Shown: positions 31,265-42,164 of the stretch, piece by piece
Position numbering within the stretch: the stretch's first letter is position 1
Layout of the letters: each line of letters begins with the position of its first letter
Source: an uncultured delta proteobacterium
GTDB taxonomy: Bacteria > Myxococcota_A > Polyangia > Fen-1088
Direction of reading: 5' to 3'
DNA length: 64,000 bases
NCBI GenBank assembly: GCA_963796685.1
Contig: CAWCMR010000008.1
Span: forward strand, 96,001 to 160,000
Notes under the pieces: model-generated
The model's database searches: none
The model's input: the letters and a program-made list of their open reading frames with translations, nothing else
What the model was told of the DNA's origin: nothing
Position numbers and translations under genes: made by a program

Positions 31265-32875
31265 GTGACGATTCGAACCAAAGTGTGGATCCTGGTGGCC
31301 GTCAGCGCGGCGGTAACCGCTGGAGCCACGCTATGGGTGCGCATCTATGCCATGCGCAGCGAGCTGACCCGACAGGCCCAGGCCTCGGCGGATGAAACCG
31401 CCGACGATATCAAGCAAAGCCTGGAGCGCTTCGAGCCCGACGCTGAAGAGCGCGACTACGCCATCGCGCTGTCGAACTACATCAACCGCCACCCGCGTAT
31501 CCAACGTCTTCAGCTGGTCGTCGAGCACGACACGCCGAGCTCGTTGCCCAGCTCTCCGTCGGTGCGCATCGTGGCCCCGCGCGGCGAGGCCACCGAGATC
31601 ACCCGCCTGCCCTACCTGCCCCGCGAGCCCATCGTGTACACGCGCAAGGCCGCCGAGGGCGATGTCTACATCCTTCAGCGCTTCGTCGATCTCAAGGGAC
31701 CGTGGCAGGGCAATCTGCTCATGCACTGGAGCCTGAACCCGGTCATCGCGATCATCCGGGTGACCGAGCGCTGGTCGCTCATTCTCGGCGCCGCGAACTT
31801 GGTGGTCCTGGTCCTCCTGATGGGCTTTCTCATCAACCGCATCGTGCTGCGCCGCCTCGAGAGCCTGGCAACGGCCATGCGCGATGTCGAGGGCGGCAAC
31901 CTCGACCGCCGGGTCGCCGTCGGAACGCCGGACGAGGTGGGGCGGCTGTCGCAAGGCTTCAACCAGATGCTCGACCAGCTTTCGAGCGCCAATCGCGAAA
32001 TTCGCGAGTTCAATCTGCGGCTCGCACACGAAATCGAAACGGCGACGCAGGATCTGTCGCGCAAGAACATGGCGCTCGGACAGCTCAATCGCCTGCTCAA
32101 CGATCTGCGCCGGGAAAACGCCTCCAAGGTTCGCCTGGCCACGCTCGGCCAGCTGGCGGCGCAGCTCGCACACGAGATCGGCACGCCGCTCTCTTCCGTC
32201 TCCGGCCACCTGCAGCTCGCACTCTTGCAGCGCGACCTCACGCCAACCTTGCGCGAACGCCTGGAGGTGGCGACGCGAGAGATTGCCCGCATCGGCCGCA
32301 TCGTGCGCGACTATCTCGACTCGACCCGCGGCCTCGAACCCGAGCGCAAGCCCACCTCGCTGCGCCAGCTCCTGCACGAGGCCGTCGAGGTCACGGGCGG
32401 ACTGGAGCAGGCCATCAAACCCGCGGTGTCCATCGACATCGCCGACGAGCCATCCGATTTCCAAACCGACCCCGGGCTCCTGCGCCAGATTCTGATCAAT
32501 CTGCTTTCGAATGCCTTCGATGCCGTCGCCGCCATGGCCAAGGACGGACACGTGACCATCACGGCCGGGGCCAGGAACGGTCAAGTGGACATCGCGATCG
32601 GCGACACGGGCGCGGGCATTTCGCCCGAGGATCAGCGCAGTATCTTCGAACCCTTCTACACCACCAAGGGGCGTGGCAAGGGCACCGGACTTGGGCTCGC
32701 CATCTGCCGCGAGCTATCCAAGTCCTTGGGTGGCTCCATCGAGGTGGAAAGCACTCCCGGCAAGGGCTCGACCTTCACGGTTCATCTGCCGCTGCACGGT
32801 CCCGGGGAGGGAGACTCCGGGACGCCGAGGCTCGAGTCCGGCACGCGCAAGATTTCAACGGGAGGAGTTGCATGA
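31265..32875 (+). CDS. HAMP sensor histidine kinase
   Basis: Two TMs, [43 protein letters not shown]. Confidence 0.92.
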   Translation: MTIRTKVWILVAVSAAVTAGATLWVRIYAMRSELTRQAQASADETADDIKQSLERFEPDAEERDYAIALSNYINRHPRIQRLQLVVEHDTPSSLPSSPSVRIVAPRGEATEITRLPYLPREPIVYTRKAAEGDVYILQRFVDLKGPWQGNLLMHWSLNPVIAIIRVTERWSLILGAANLVVLVLLMGFLINRIVLRRLESLATAMRDVEGGNLDRRVAVGTPDEVGRLSQGFNQMLDQLSSANREIREFNLRLAHEIETATQDLSRKNMALGQLNRLLNDLRRENASKVRLATLGQLAAQLAHEIGTPLSSVSGHLQLALLQRDLTPTLRERLEVATREIARIGRIVRDYLDSTRGLEPERKPTSLRQLLHEAVEVTGGLEQAIKPAVSIDIADEPSDFQTDPGLLRQILINLLSNAFDAVAAMAKDGHVTITAGARNGQVDIAIGDTGAGISPEDQRSIFEPFYTTKGRGKGTGLGLAICRELSKSLGGSIEVESTPGKGSTFTVHLPLHGPGEGDSGTPRLESGTRKISTGGVA

Positions 32876-34246
32876 CTCGAGTGCTGGTGGTCGAAGACGA
32901 CGCGGTCGCGCGCGATCTGCTGTGCGAGATCTTGCGCGGCGAGGGTTTCGATGTCGAAGCCGTGGACGACGGCGCGCCCGCCGTCGAGCGAGCGGGAGGC
33001 GGACGCTACGATCTGGTCCTGTCGGATGTGCGCATGGAGCGGGTCGGCGGGCTGGACGTGCTGCGCGCCTTCACCGAAAAATCGCCGACCACGCCGGTCA
33101 TTCTCATCACCGCCTTCGGCGATGTCACCGGCGCCATGGAAGCCATCGGCCACGGGGCCTACGACTACGTGTCCAAGCCCTTCAACATCGAAGAGCTCCG
33201 CCTGACCGTGGCGCGCGCCCTCGAGCGCAGGCGCCTTTCCGCCGAAGCGGACACGACGGCGTCCGCGGGTGGCGGCCAGAGCCAGGTCGCCGACATCGAA
33301 GGCAAGAGCCAGCGCATGCTCGATGTCTACAAGCTGGTCGCACGCGTCGCCCCCTCGACCGCGACCGTGTTGGTAGTGGGCGAGTCGGGTACCGGCAAGG
33401 AGCTGGTCGCACGCGCCATCCACCAACGCTCGCCGCGAGCGACCAAGCCCTTCGTGCCGGTCAATTGCACCGCCCTGTCCGAGTCCCTGCTCGAATCCGA
33501 GCTGTTTGGTCACGCACGCGGGGCCTTCACCGGCGCCGTCGCGGCCAAGCGCGGCCTGTTCGAGACCGCCAATGGCGGGACCCTGTTTCTCGACGAGATC
33601 GGCGACATGGGGCCGAAGATGCAAGCCCAGATTCTGCGCGTCCTGCAAGACGGGGAAATGCGCCCGGTGGGCGGAACCGACGCCCTTCGCGTCGACGTGC
33701 GCCTGGTGTGCGCCACCAATCGCGATCTGGAGGCCGACGTCAAGACCGGGCACTTCCGCGAGGATCTCTACTTCCGCATCAATGTCGTGACCGTGCGCAT
33801 GCCTCCGCTACGCGACCGATCCGGCGATATTCCCATCCTGGTCCGCCATTTCATCAACAAGATCGCCAAACGGGAGGGACGCGCGCTCGCCAGCATCTCG
33901 CCCGAGGCCCTCGAGGTCCTCTGCCGCTACGGTTGGCCAGGCAACGTGCGCGAGCTGCAAGAACGCCATCGAACGCGCGGTCGCGGTTGCCAAGGGCAAC
34001 GTCGTGCTGCCCTCGGATCTGCCCGCGGAGGTCTACGGCGGGGCGGCCATCGCACCCGCCAGCATCATCGACGATCGCCCGACCCTGGGCGAGTTGGAGC
34101 GGCGTTACATCGCCCTCGTGCTCGCCGAATGTGGCGGCAACAAGAAGCGGGCGGCGGAAAAGCTCGGTATCGACCGGCGCACCCTCTACCGCGCCATCGA
34201 GCGATCCGGGGACAGCGCCGAGCCCGAAGAAGACGCCGAGGGTTAG
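32872..34246 (+). CDS. sigma54-dependent response regulator (NtrC/AtoC-like); +1 frameshift near 33959
   Basis: REC; [32 protein letters not shown]|QNAIERA; Fis [22 protein letters not shown]. Confidence 0.9.
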
Positions 34247-34280
34247 AGCACAGTTTCCAGGCGTCGCGGGAGTGCGAGTC

Positions 34281-35150
34281 TCACTCGAGCAGCGCCAGAA
34301 ATGCGCGCGCGGCGTGGGACAGCGTGCGCCCCTCCGGGTACACGAGGCGAATCTTGCGTTCGGGCATGAGCCCCTTGACCTGGATCTCGCGCAGCGTGCC
34401 CTGTCCGATCTCGTCCTCCACGCACATGCGCGGCAGGAAGGCCACGCCTTCGTTCCGCTGTACCATCTTGCGAATCGCCTCGACCGTGGGCATTTCCAGG
34501 TCACGGTTGAGCGGTACCCGCAGCCTCTCGAACTCGCGCACGACGACCTCTTTGTAGGGCGAGACGACAATGTGGCCGATGAAGGTCTCCATGCCGAGAT
34601 CCGCGATCGACACCGAACGTCGCCGCGCCAGCCGGTGTTGGGGCGCCACCACGCAGGCCAGGTGGTCGGTGTAGATGATGCGCGAAGCGAGTCGGCCGTC
34701 GTTGGGATCGTAGCTGACCACGCCCAGCTCCAGATCGCCCTCGAGGATTTCGGTGGGGATCTTGCTCGACTGGCAGCGCCGCACCTGCACCTTCACGCGC
34801 GGGTAACGCCGCCGGTAGCGACTGATGAGCGGCAACAGATACAAGGTCGCCGACTCGTTGGCGCCGATGAGCAAGCGGCCGGTGGCGTTGTCGCGCAGCT
34901 CGGCCAAGGCTTGGGTCAGATCGGAATGCAGGTTCTCGAAACGCCGGGCATGATCGAGAACCACCTGGCCAGCGTCGGTCAGGCGCGTCTGCCTGCCGCT
35001 GCGATCGATGAGGAGCTCGCCCACGTCCAGCTCGAGGCGCTTGATGGCCAGCGAGACCGCGGGCTGGGTCCGCGCCAGTTTGACGGCGGCCCGCGAGAAG
35101 CTCTTTTCGGTGGCGACCGTGCGAAAGACCGCGAGTGTGGCGAGATCCAT
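34281..35150 (-). CDS. LysR-family transcriptional regulator
   Basis: [29 protein letters not shown]; substrate-binding domain. Confidence 0.92.
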   Translation of the reverse strand: MDLATLAVFRTVATEKSFSRAAVKLARTQPAVSLAIKRLELDVGELLIDRSGRQTRLTDAGQVVLDHARRFENLHSDLTQALAELRDNATGRLLIGANESATLYLLPLISRYRRRYPRVKVQVRRCQSSKIPTEILEGDLELGVVSYDPNDGRLASRIIYTDHLACVVAPQHRLARRRSVSIADLGMETFIGHIVVSPYKEVVVREFERLRVPLNRDLEMPTVEAIRKMVQRNEGVAFLPRMCVEDEIGQGTLREIQVKGLMPERKIRLVYPEGRTLSHAARAFLALLE

Positions 35151-35163
35151 GGCTGTCGGGAAG

Positions 35164-35197
35164 TATAAGGGAAGCTTATAATATAACCAACTGTAAT
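35164..35197. promoter_or_regulatory. two LTTR T-N11-A boxes
   Basis: TATAAG-GGAAG-CTTATA (35164-35180) and ATAAC-CAACT-GTAAT (35183-35197) in the AT-rich divergent spacer. Confidence 0.7.
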
Positions 35198-35293
35198 GGT
35201 AACAAGGAACAGAATAAATTCGCCATATCAAGCGGATCGCGCTAATTTAGCCGCCGTTGTCCCCCTTTGCCAAGTTGAAAGGAGCCCGCTGCC

Positions 35294-36445
<1,152 letters not shown>

Positions 36446-36504
36446 CAACAACTATGACGCGACGAGCCTGGGGCGCCGAACGGCTTTGAACCCGAGCAAT
36501 TTCC

Positions 36505-36630
36505 GGATTCTAACCACAGAGGACACAGAGAACACAGAGACGGACGAGAAGGGAAGGGTTCGGATTGAGATCCGGAAAACCCTTACTTTTCCGGACCTCT
36601 GTGCCCTCTGTGTTCTCTGTGGTGAAAAAA
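36505..36630. repeat. palindromic element with 3x9-nt periodic arms
   Basis: ACCACAGAG-GACACAGAG-AACACAGAG (36513-36539) and CTCTGTGCC-CTCTGTGTT-CTCTGTGGT (36597-36623). Confidence 0.85.
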
Positions 36631-36815
36631 TGGCTTGTGCGCTCTCTGCATAGCGGCCTCGGCGGCGCCAGGCAATTCCTTGCGTCTCCCCGCCTCGTCC
36701 TCGGCGAGCGCAGGTGCCGGAGCCTTTGGCTTGATTCACCTTCGCGCTCCCGGCGCTTGATGAGGTATCATGCGCGCGGGCATTTTACCTCGGAAGGAGC
36801 CTGGCGCATTCGATC

Positions 36816-38450
36816 ATGTCGGTAGTTGGAATCGATCTCGGGACCACGAACTCCGTGATTGCCACCGTGCGAGACGGTCAGGTGGTCGTCGTGCCCGCGG
36901 CCCACGGCGGCTACTTGCATCCCTCGGTGGTTTCCTTCTCCTCCGACGGGCTGAAGTACTTCTCGCGCGAGGGGGTAGCCCGCCGCATCGTCGACCCCAA
37001 GTACACGGTCTATTCGGGCAAGCGTCTCATCGGCCTTTCGTTCCGGTCCAAGGAAGTTCAGAAGGCCATCGCCCGCCTGCCTTACGAATTGCGCGAAGGC
37101 AACAACGAGCAAGCCGTCTTCGTCGGCCCGGATCGCACGTATACGATTCCCGAGGTTTCCGGCCTCTTGCTGGGATACCTGCGTCAGTGCTGCGAGCTGT
37201 TTCTCAGCGACACCGTGACGGGCGCGGTGATTACGGTACCCGCGAATTTCAACGATGCCCAAAGGCGCGCGACCATCGACGCTGGCCGCATCGCGGGGCT
37301 GGATGTCCTGCGCGTGCTCAACGAGCCGACCGCCGCTGCACTGGCCTATGGCCTTGGCCAGAACATGTCGCAACGGATCGCGGTCTACGACTTCGGCGGC
37401 GGGACCTTCGATATCACCATCCTGCAAGTGGAAGGCGACGTCTTCGAGGTGCTCGCCACCGGGGGCGACACCTTCCTCGGCGGCGACGACATGGACACCG
37501 CCCTGCTCAACATCCTGGCCGAGCTGTTCCGCGCCGAGCACGGCATCGATCCGCGCAACGATCAGGCCGCCCACGCGCGCCTGCTCATCGCGGCCGAGCA
37601 GGTCAAGTGTCATCTCTCGGAATACTCCGAAGCGCGCGGCGAGCTCAAGAACATCGCCATCAACGAGCTCGGCGAGCAGCTCGCCCTGCGTTTTCATATC
37701 GCGCGCAACGTCTTCGAGACGGCGATTCGCGGCCTGGTCGCCCGCACCGTCCAAACCATGCAGGAGGTCCTGGCGTCGGCAGGCCTGGCTGCCTCCCAGA
37801 TCGACGAGGTCATCATGGTGGGCGGTACGACGCGCGTGCCTCTCGTGCGGGCCGAGGTCGAGCGCTATTTCGGGCGGCCGCCGCGTACCGATCTGAACCC
37901 CGACGAGGTCGTGGCCTGGGGTGCCGCCATCCAGGCCGAAAACCTGGCCCACGCCGGCGAGAACCTGGCCAACCAGGCCGTCCTGCTCGATGTCACCCCG
38001 CGTGCCCTCGGTATCGCAGTGGCCGGCGGTTTCGCCGAACGCATTCTGGACCGCAACGTCCCGGTTCCCGTCGAGCAGACGCGCATCTTCACCACCTCCG
38101 GGGACAACCAAAGCTCGGTGCGCATCCAGGTCTGCCAAGGCGAGTCCCGCCGTTTCGACGAAAACGTGCCTCTGGGCGAGCTGGAGCTGACCGGCATACC
38201 AGCGGCCCGTCGAGGCGAGATCGCCATCGAGGTCACCTTCCGTGTGGACACCAACGGCATCCTGCGCGTGCGCGCGCGCGACGCAGCGACTGGTGCCGCG
38301 CGCGAGGCCGCCGTCAACGTCCGCGGTGGCATGTCCGACGTGGAGGTGGCAGAAGCAGTGGAGCGGCAGAAATCGCAGGAGAGTCCCGTGGATGACTCGA
38401 TGTTGCCTGAGCTGGCGGGTCTCGAGGAACTAGAGGAATTGAAGGAATAG
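36816..38450 (+). CDS. Hsp70/DnaK-family paralog with truncated lid
   Basis: GIDLGTTNS, ITVPANFNDAQR, NEPTAAALAYG, YDFGGGTFD, VLLDVTP, DNQ; ends shortly after SBD-beta. Confidence 0.9.
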   Translation: MSVVGIDLGTTNSVIATVRDGQVVVVPAAHGGYLHPSVVSFSSDGLKYFSREGVARRIVDPKYTVYSGKRLIGLSFRSKEVQKAIARLPYELREGNNEQAVFVGPDRTYTIPEVSGLLLGYLRQCCELFLSDTVTGAVITVPANFNDAQRRATIDAGRIAGLDVLRVLNEPTAAALAYGLGQNMSQRIAVYDFGGGTFDITILQVEGDVFEVLATGGDTFLGGDDMDTALLNILAELFRAEHGIDPRNDQAAHARLLIAAEQVKCHLSEYSEARGELKNIAINELGEQLALRFHIARNVFETAIRGLVARTVQTMQEVLASAGLAASQIDEVIMVGGTTRVPLVRAEVERYFGRPPRTDLNPDEVVAWGAAIQAENLAHAGENLANQAVLLDVTPRALGIAVAGGFAERILDRNVPVPVEQTRIFTTSGDNQSSVRIQVCQGESRRFDENVPLGELELTGIPAARRGEIAIEVTFRVDTNGILRVRARDAATGAAREAAVNVRGGMSDVEVAEAVERQKSQESPVDDSMLPELAGLEELEELKE

Positions 38451-38460
38451 CGAGACGCGC

Positions 38461-39003
38461 ATGGCACGCCAGACCCCGGAACAACTAGCCAACTTCGTGC
38501 GCCAGCTCTACGGGAAGCTGGATCACCTTTCCTACTACGACCTGCTTGGCGTTTCGTCTGGAACACCCGACGCCGACATCCGAGCGGCGTTCTATCGCAT
38601 GTCCAACGATCTGCACCCGGATCGCTACCACACCTTGGCCGACCGAGAGCTGAAGGAACGCCTGGAGACCATCTACGCCCGCATCTGCGAAGGCTATCGC
38701 GTGCTGACCACGCCCGAGCGGCGGGCCACCTACACGCGCATGCTGAACGAAGGCAAGAAGCGGCTGACCAGCACGGACCGTGAATCGCGGGCGCCGCAGA
38801 CCCCCGAGGACAGCATCAAGCACGAGGAGGCCAAGAAGTTCTTCCGCCTCGGCATGCTTTGCCTCGGCAGCAAGGACTGGAAGGGCGCGGTGATGAACTT
38901 CAACTTCGCGCGCTCGTTCGAGCCCAACGCGGCCGTGATCAACCAGAAGCTCGGCGAGGCCCAGGCGGCGCTGGGCAAGCCGGGCGGTCCGGGAGCAAAA
39001 TAG
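38461..39003 (+). CDS. J-domain protein with TPR-like C-terminus
   Basis: YYDLLGV, LHPDRY (HPD), YRVL..PERRATY; AKKFFRLG...FEPN. Confidence 0.88.
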   Translation: MARQTPEQLANFVRQLYGKLDHLSYYDLLGVSSGTPDADIRAAFYRMSNDLHPDRYHTLADRELKERLETIYARICEGYRVLTTPERRATYTRMLNEGKKRLTSTDRESRAPQTPEDSIKHEEAKKFFRLGMLCLGSKDWKGAVMNFNFARSFEPNAAVINQKLGEAQAALGKPGGPGAK

Positions 39004-39005
39004 CC

Positions 39006-40769
39006 ATGGCGGCGGGATCCCAGGGACCAGGCGAGATGGGATCAGGAGCGGCCGTCTCGTCGAGCTCGTCCGGCAGCGCCTTCGCGTCGCCCAAGATTGG
39101 CGCCACCCTGGGCCGCTACGAGATCGTCGCCGTCCTTGGCCACGGCGCCATGGCCACCGTCTTCCGCGCCCGCGATACCGAGCTTGGCCGCGACGTCGCC
39201 ATCAAGGTGATGAGCATGGGGCATGCCACTCGCGGCGGCGCAGGCGAACGCTTTCGGCGCGAAGCACACGCCGTGGCTGCGCTCAAGCATCCCGCCATCG
39301 TCGAGATCTACGACTTCGTCGGCGCAACCGACAGCGAGCCCAGCTACATCGTGGTCGAGCTCATCAAGGGCCCGACCCTGCGCACGCTTCTCGAAGAACG
39401 GGGTGGACGATTCCTACCCGAGATCGCCGCGCTCATCGCCCTGCCCCTGGCCGAGGCCCTGGCGGCGGCGCACGAGCGCGGGGTCATCCATCGCGACGTG
39501 AAACCCGACAACGTCATGATCGAAACCAGCGGCGAGAGCAGCCGCGTGGTGCTGACCGATTTCGGCGTCGCGCACATCACGGGCATGGAGACCATGACCG
39601 CGACCGGCGCGCTCGTCGGCTCGCCCGCCTATATGTCGCCCGAGCAGTCGCACGGGCACGAGGTGACCTCGGCCGCCGACCTGTGGTCTCTCGGGGCCAT
39701 GCTCTACGAGCTGGTCACCGGGGTGGTGCCGTTCGCGGGCAAGGATCCCTTCACCATGATCGCGGCCATCTTGCGCGGCACCTTCCGCCGGCCGTCTCAG
39801 GTCGTCGCCACCGTGGGCCCGGATTTCGAGGCCATGATCATGCGCTGTCTCAAGGCGTCCCCTGGCGAGCGCTACCCCAGCGCCTCGGCCCTGGCCGCCG
39901 ATCTGCGCGAGCTCACGCGCGCATCCGGGCTGGTCCCCGAGGCCAAGGCCTTGCGCCGCTTTCTCGACGAGCCGGAGGCGATGATGGGAGAGTTGCGACC
40001 TCGGGTAGCCGGCACGGCGGTGGAGCGGGCTCGACAGTTCGCCCGGCGCGGACAACTGGCCCGAGCCCTGGCCGAGATCGGACACGCGACGGCGTACGTC
40101 CCCGACCACGCCGGCGCCGAGAGACTTCTACGCCGGCTTTCCGCCAGCCGCCTTGCCATCAGGATCGCCATGGCGGCCGCCGGCCTTCTGGCCGCGCTCG
40201 GCATCATTCTCTTGGCGAGGACGCGCTTTGCGCACAAGGTACCTGTGGCGGTCGTGCCCGTGGTAACGGTTCCGGTGGCTTCGCCGCCGCCCGCGCCGGT
40301 CGAGAAGAAGCCGGCCGCCGTCGAGGCGCCCCTACCGGTGCCGGCCGCCGCGCCCGGCAAGTCGCCGAGAAGAGCCCACGCCCCTCGACGCGCACGCGCA
40401 ATGGCCAAGTCGACCACCGCTCCGGCCGTCGAGCCCACGCCGGCACCCGTGCCCTCGGCGCAGCCAAGCCCGCCCGCCGTCGAGCCCGCCGCCCCTTCGC
40501 CCAAGCGAGAAGCCCCGCAGGTTCGCACCGGGACCATCGCCCTTTTTGCCAAGGGCGGTCTCTGCTACCCGAGCCTCGACGACCATCCGGCCGGCAATCT
40601 GATGCCGGTGTTTCGCGATCTCGTGCCGGGCAAGCACACGATCTATTGCTCCCGCACCAAACAGAGCCCGCGCGAATGGGTGGGCGAGGTCGACCTCATC
40701 CCCGGCGCCAGAATCGAACGGACCGTCACCGAGCAGGACGGCCGTTTCATCCTCGCGCGGCCGAAGTGA
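39006..40769 (+). CDS. membrane Ser/Thr protein kinase
   Basis: LGHGAMATV, VAIK, HRDVKPDN, TDFG, GSPAYMSPE, DLWSLG; TM, Pro-rich linker, small exported domain. Confidence 0.92.
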   Translation: MAAGSQGPGEMGSGAAVSSSSSGSAFASPKIGATLGRYEIVAVLGHGAMATVFRARDTELGRDVAIKVMSMGHATRGGAGERFRREAHAVAALKHPAIVEIYDFVGATDSEPSYIVVELIKGPTLRTLLEERGGRFLPEIAALIALPLAEALAAAHERGVIHRDVKPDNVMIETSGESSRVVLTDFGVAHITGMETMTATGALVGSPAYMSPEQSHGHEVTSAADLWSLGAMLYELVTGVVPFAGKDPFTMIAAILRGTFRRPSQVVATVGPDFEAMIMRCLKASPGERYPSASALAADLRELTRASGLVPEAKALRRFLDEPEAMMGELRPRVAGTAVERARQFARRGQLARALAEIGHATAYVPDHAGAERLLRRLSASRLAIRIAMAAAGLLAALGIILLARTRFAHKVPVAVVPVVTVPVASPPPAPVEKKPAAVEAPLPVPAAAPGKSPRRAHAPRRARAMAKSTTAPAVEPTPAPVPSAQPSPPAVEPAAPSPKREAPQVRTGTIALFAKGGLCYPSLDDHPAGNLMPVFRDLVPGKHTIYCSRTKQSPREWVGEVDLIPGARIERTVTEQDGRFILARPK

Positions 40770-40811
40770 GCGCCGTCACAGACCTCCTGGCAAGCCGCTG
40801 AGCCGGTGACG

Positions 40812-40924
40812 TCTAAGGAAGCCAGAAAAGCAGGAAAAAGCGAGCAAGCAGTACTCCCAGCAGGACGAGCAAATGGGACTCCCGACGGCCATACACCCAT
40901 TCCTGGCTTCCTGGCTTCCTTAGA
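40812..40924. repeat. palindromic element with 8-nt periodic arms
   Basis: TCTAAGGAA-GCCAGAAA-AGCAGGAA and TTCCTGGC-TTCCTGGC-TTCCTTAGA. Confidence 0.8.
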
Positions 40925-40997
40925 GGCCTCCTCTTCTGTCAAGCATCAGCGACCAGCGGGCTCGTTGTGCCAGCCCTAAGTATGCTAGCGTCACACC

Positions 40998-42164
40998 GTG
41001 ACCACGGGCGGTTGCAGGTTGCTCTTGCTTGGCTTGCTTGCGAGCGGCATGGCGGGCTGTCTGCTCTTCACCGATCCCATCAATACCGCGCCGACCGTTT
41101 CCTTTCCGCCCCAGACAGAACCCCTCAAGCTCGTCCGTAGCAAGACGGCGTTTACGGTCGACGCATTCGATCCCGACCAGAGCACCGACTCGCTGAGATT
41201 CGACTGGTACCAAGGCAAGACCTGCGACGAAGCGCTCGCCGGACCGCCCGCCGCGCCGAATGTCGTGGGGAACGTGCCTTTCCCCTTTCAGCCCACGAAG
41301 CTTGGCTCCGGGTGCGTTGTGGTCGTCGTAACGGACAACCGCGGGGCCACGGCCTCGGCCGCGCAGAGCTACGAGGTCGTGGATCAGGCGCCCACAGCGA
41401 GCATCGTCATCCCGTACGCCGCGGGTCAACCCGAGCCCGTCAGCGGCCAGCCCTATCCGCTCGCGCTCTATTCGACGGTCACGTTATCGGGCAAGGTAGA
41501 CGACCCCGACAGCGAGGACATCGATTTTCTGACTCCCATCTGGCGCGTGTTCATCGCGGACGGCACGCAGCTATCGCTGCCAGCCTGTCCGGACAATTCC
41601 AAGGGTCCCCTCGTGTGCACGTTCACCACCACGACGCCGGGAAGCTACCGCGTGGAGCTTGTGGTGAACGACAAAATCCTGGCGAGCGATCCGGCCGAGC
41701 AATTCATCCAAGTCGCGGGCGATCAGCTCCCGAACATCGTGCTCGACAGCGCCCAACCCCTGCCGCCGACATCCTCCAACAACTCGCCGCTGCTGCTGCT
41801 CGCCGCCCAGAACAACGCCTTTGCCATCAACCGCGTGGAGGATGACGGCGACCCCTACCCGCCCGTGGAGCCGCTCGATCCCAACTCGCCGAGTCCGGCG
41901 GGTTTCGTCTGGTACGTCCGCCTCCCGAGCTCTCCCCTCTTCGAGCGCTGCATCGGCGGCGGCCCCTCTTTTACCCTCGGAAAAACCTTCAATCCCCAAG
42001 ACATCGTCCAAGTCCGGGTCGAATACCACGACCGCGTGACCGCCTGCCAGCCCAGGACCCCGGGCTGCGATGCGGTCTTCGCGGCCTGCGACCCCAATGC
42101 CACGATTTGCTACTCCCCCGATTACCGCGTCCAGTGGGTGACCTGGACGGTGGAATTCCGATGA
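40998..42164 (+). CDS. lipoprotein with Ig/PKD-like domains
   Basis: Lipobox MAGC; NTAP, DAFDPD, VTDNRGAT, PGSYRVELVVND; paired Cys. Confidence 0.75.
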   Translation: MTTGGCRLLLLGLLASGMAGCLLFTDPINTAPTVSFPPQTEPLKLVRSKTAFTVDAFDPDQSTDSLRFDWYQGKTCDEALAGPPAAPNVVGNVPFPFQPTKLGSGCVVVVVTDNRGATASAAQSYEVVDQAPTASIVIPYAAGQPEPVSGQPYPLALYSTVTLSGKVDDPDSEDIDFLTPIWRVFIADGTQLSLPACPDNSKGPLVCTFTTTTPGSYRVELVVNDKILASDPAEQFIQVAGDQLPNIVLDSAQPLPPTSSNNSPLLLLAAQNNAFAINRVEDDGDPYPPVEPLDPNSPSPAGFVWYVRLPSSPLFERCIGGGPSFTLGKTFNPQDIVQVRVEYHDRVTACQPRTPGCDAVFAACDPNATICYSPDYRVQWVTWTVEFR

